A DNA stretch of 64,000 bases. Origin: Ylistrum balloti (taxonomy: Eukaryota). How positions within the stretch are numbered: the first letter of the stretch is position 1; each line of letters begins with the position of its first letter. Below are positions 63,001 through 64,000 of this stretch, one piece after another. The stretch is from positions 744,001 through 808,000 of the forward strand of contig NW_026782484.1 in NCBI RefSeq assembly GCF_031769215.1. The letters are read 5' to 3'. The notes under the pieces are model-generated. The model was not told the DNA's origin. It saw only the letters and a list, made by a program, of their open reading frames with translations, and made no database searches. The position numbers and the translations under genes are program-made.

Positions 63001-64000
63001 AAGTCCCCTCATGTTCCATATATATGTGTCTCATCAAAGCCTTTGTCACCACATGTTCCATATGTAGGTGTCTCATCTCAATCTTTGTCACCACATGTTT
63101 CATATGTAGGTGTCTCATCTCAATTTTTGTCACCACATGTTTCATATGGAGGTGTCTCATCTCAATCTTTGTCACCACATGTTTCATATGTAGGTGTCTC
63201 ATCTCAATCTTTGTCACTACATGTTTCATATGTAGGTGTCTCATCTCAATCTTTGTCACTACATGTTTCATATGTAGGTGTCTCATCTCAATCTTTGTCA
63301 CTACATGTTTCATATGTAGGTGTCTCATCTCAATCTTTGTCACCACATGTTTCATATGGAGGTGTCTCATCTCAATCTTTGTCACTACATGTTTCATATG
63401 TTTCATATGTAGGTGTCTCATCTCAATCTTTGTCACTACATGTTTCATATGTAGGTGTCTCATCTCAATCTTTGTCACCACATGTTTCATATGTAGGTGT
63501 CTCATCTTTTTTGAAGTCACTACATGTTTCATATGTAGGTGTCTCATCTCAATCTTTGTCACCACATGTTTCATATGTAGGTGTCTCATCTCAATCTTTG
63601 TCACCACATGTTTCATATGTAGGTTTCTCATCATTATCCTTGCCACCACATGTTCCATGTGTACATTGAGTGAGTGAAATTTACAGAGCCAAAAGACTCA
63701 CCATTTTAGTGTAGATTTCTCTTACGTTGATTTCCACATTTTTACAGTATCCTACCGATTGCATACAGCTAAGGGCAGATACTGTTAAAATAGTATATTT
63801 TATCTTCACAGTCACAGATCAAAGATGCAATTTCTTGGAGGAAAGATAACCAGTTTAAAGAAAAGGAAGACAAAATATTTGAAGAAATTGAAGAAAAACA
63901 ACAAAAGCTGAGAGAAATTTATCTTGAAAGGAGGAACTCAATCCGTTTAAAAGGATATAGGAGACGATCGATGCAAAAAAAGAAAGAATCTGAAGCAGCA
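49826..64000 (+). CDS. MTIF2: Mitochondrial translation initiation factor IF-2, 3'-partial multi-exon CDS
   Basis: Exons 49826-50020, 52306-52438, 53589-53651, 54239-54383, 54675-54835, 55149-55325, 55512-55561, 57262-57351, 58205-58329, 58791-58869, 59634-59759, 63812-64000+ join in phase. G-domain motifs [54 protein letters not shown]; domain [30 protein letters not shown]. The start exon is less certain. Confidence 0.94.
50160..51090. repeat. Low-complexity gtatacagtgggtttat repeats grading into (TA)n
   Basis: Short variable units ending in a (TA)n run just before the assembly gap. Confidence 0.9.
51108..51288. other. Assembly gap (181 N)
   Basis: Run of N inside an MTIF2 intron; the flanking exons join in phase without it. 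Confidence 0.99.
52306..52438 (+). CDS. MTIF2: MTIF2 exon (N-terminal domain)
   Basis: atcag|[28 protein letters not shown]|gtatat, comparable to IF2-N GMTIEELA-type motif. Confidence 0.8.
52640..53500. repeat. Degenerate tandem repeat, about 38-bp unit
   Basis: gcagcaggaaagattggctcagctgttggagtagcatgaaag-like units. Confidence 0.8.
53589..53651 (+). CDS. MTIF2: MTIF2 exon
   Basis: ttttcag|[21 protein letters not shown]|gtatgt; phase 1/1. Confidence 0.75.
54239..54383 (+). CDS. MTIF2: MTIF2 exon
   Basis: tacag|[26 protein letters not shown]|gtatgt; phase 1/2. Confidence 0.82.
54675..54835 (+). CDS. MTIF2: MTIF2 exon (G1 P-loop, G2)
   Basis: [46 protein letters not shown]. Confidence 0.96.
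55149..55325 (+). CDS. MTIF2: MTIF2 exon (G3 DTPG)
   Basis: [48 protein letters not shown]. Confidence 0.96.
55512..55561 (+). CDS. MTIF2: MTIF2 exon (G4 NKID)
   Basis: ttcag|[17 protein letters not shown]|gtaagt. Confidence 0.95.
55765..57230. repeat. Minisatellite, 30-bp unit, about 48 copies, in the MTIF2 intron after the NKID exon
   Basis: gctgacattgtacc(a/t)gtactgtagtataca; source of the 563-aa [13 protein letters not shown]. Confidence 0.97.
57262..57351 (+). CDS. MTIF2: MTIF2 exon (G5 SAL)
   Basis: tacag|[30 protein letters not shown]|gtaata. Confidence 0.95.
57440..57820 (+). mobile_element. HINE/pearl-like repeat fragment
   Basis: TTTTAGCTCATCTG end; internal cores similar to 61790-62160. 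Confidence 0.45.
58205..58329 (+). CDS. MTIF2: MTIF2 exon
   Basis: tgcag|[33 protein letters not shown]|gtaaga. Confidence 0.95.
58415..58630. repeat. Minisatellite, 26-bp unit
   Basis: cctgacccgtacttggtgggactgtt. Confidence 0.92.
58791..58869 (+). CDS. MTIF2: MTIF2 exon (domain II)
   Basis: tctag|[26 protein letters not shown]|gtcagt. Confidence 0.95.
58955..59200 (+). mobile_element. HINE/pearl-like degenerate repeat fragment
   Basis: TTATTAGACC..TCACCTATTGCTGTTATGG end, gtctgtttgtgtg seed, ttccaaccaaaattg core. Confidence 0.4.
59634..59759 (+). CDS. MTIF2: MTIF2 exon (domain II)
   Basis: actag|[42 protein letters not shown]|gtaagg. Confidence 0.95.
61590..62700 (+). mobile_element. Cluster of HINE/pearl-like non-autonomous repeats in an MTIF2 intron
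   Basis: TTAGCTCACC..TGAGCT (61591) and TTAGGTCACC..TGACCT (62224) hairpin ends, followed by internal degenerate cores of about 150 bp (ggggcagg.cc..aaatcct.ttcttcctgtaggaa..ttggtctga). Confidence 0.5.
62985..63660. repeat. Minisatellite, 42-bp unit
   Basis: gtaggtgtctcatctcaatctttgtcaccacatgtttcatat; source of the [14 protein letters not shown] ORFs. Confidence 0.96.
63812..64000 (+). CDS. MTIF2: MTIF2 exon (helical linker and basic insertion), truncated by the window end
   Basis: cacag|[63 protein letters not shown]. Confidence 0.88.

Overview
AT-rich, CpG-poor metazoan genomic DNA, probably from a bivalve mollusc (inferred from the repeat types and the density of intronic minisatellites). 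Exon-by-exon reconstruction with consistent splice phases gives four genes. (1) A Serrate/Jagged Notch ligand on + (18 coding exons, 14101-28592: EGF1-16, vWC-like domain, membrane-proximal domain, TM, and a tail ending in EVMV; the N-terminal C2/DSL exons are not in the window). (2) A complete ARV1 on - (6 exons, 41037-35474), mostly invisible in the ORF track. (3) A complete POP7/RPP20 on + (41135-43908), head-to-head with ARV1 with only 97 bp between the ATGs. (4) The 5' part of MTIF2 on + (about 49826 to the window end). Nearly all long ORFs in the track are artefacts of intron-specific minisatellites. The most striking non-genic item is a 406-bp TRIM-type miniature LTR retroelement in ARV1 intron 1. 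It has 151-bp TG..CA LTRs, a tRNA-Lys-like PBS, a PPT and a 4-bp TSD. Its LTRs contain a tRNA-derived Pol III A/B-box promoter, and it inserted into an older solo LTR of its own family. A second recurring pattern is that several intronic minisatellites are copies of the adjacent exon/5' splice-site junction.
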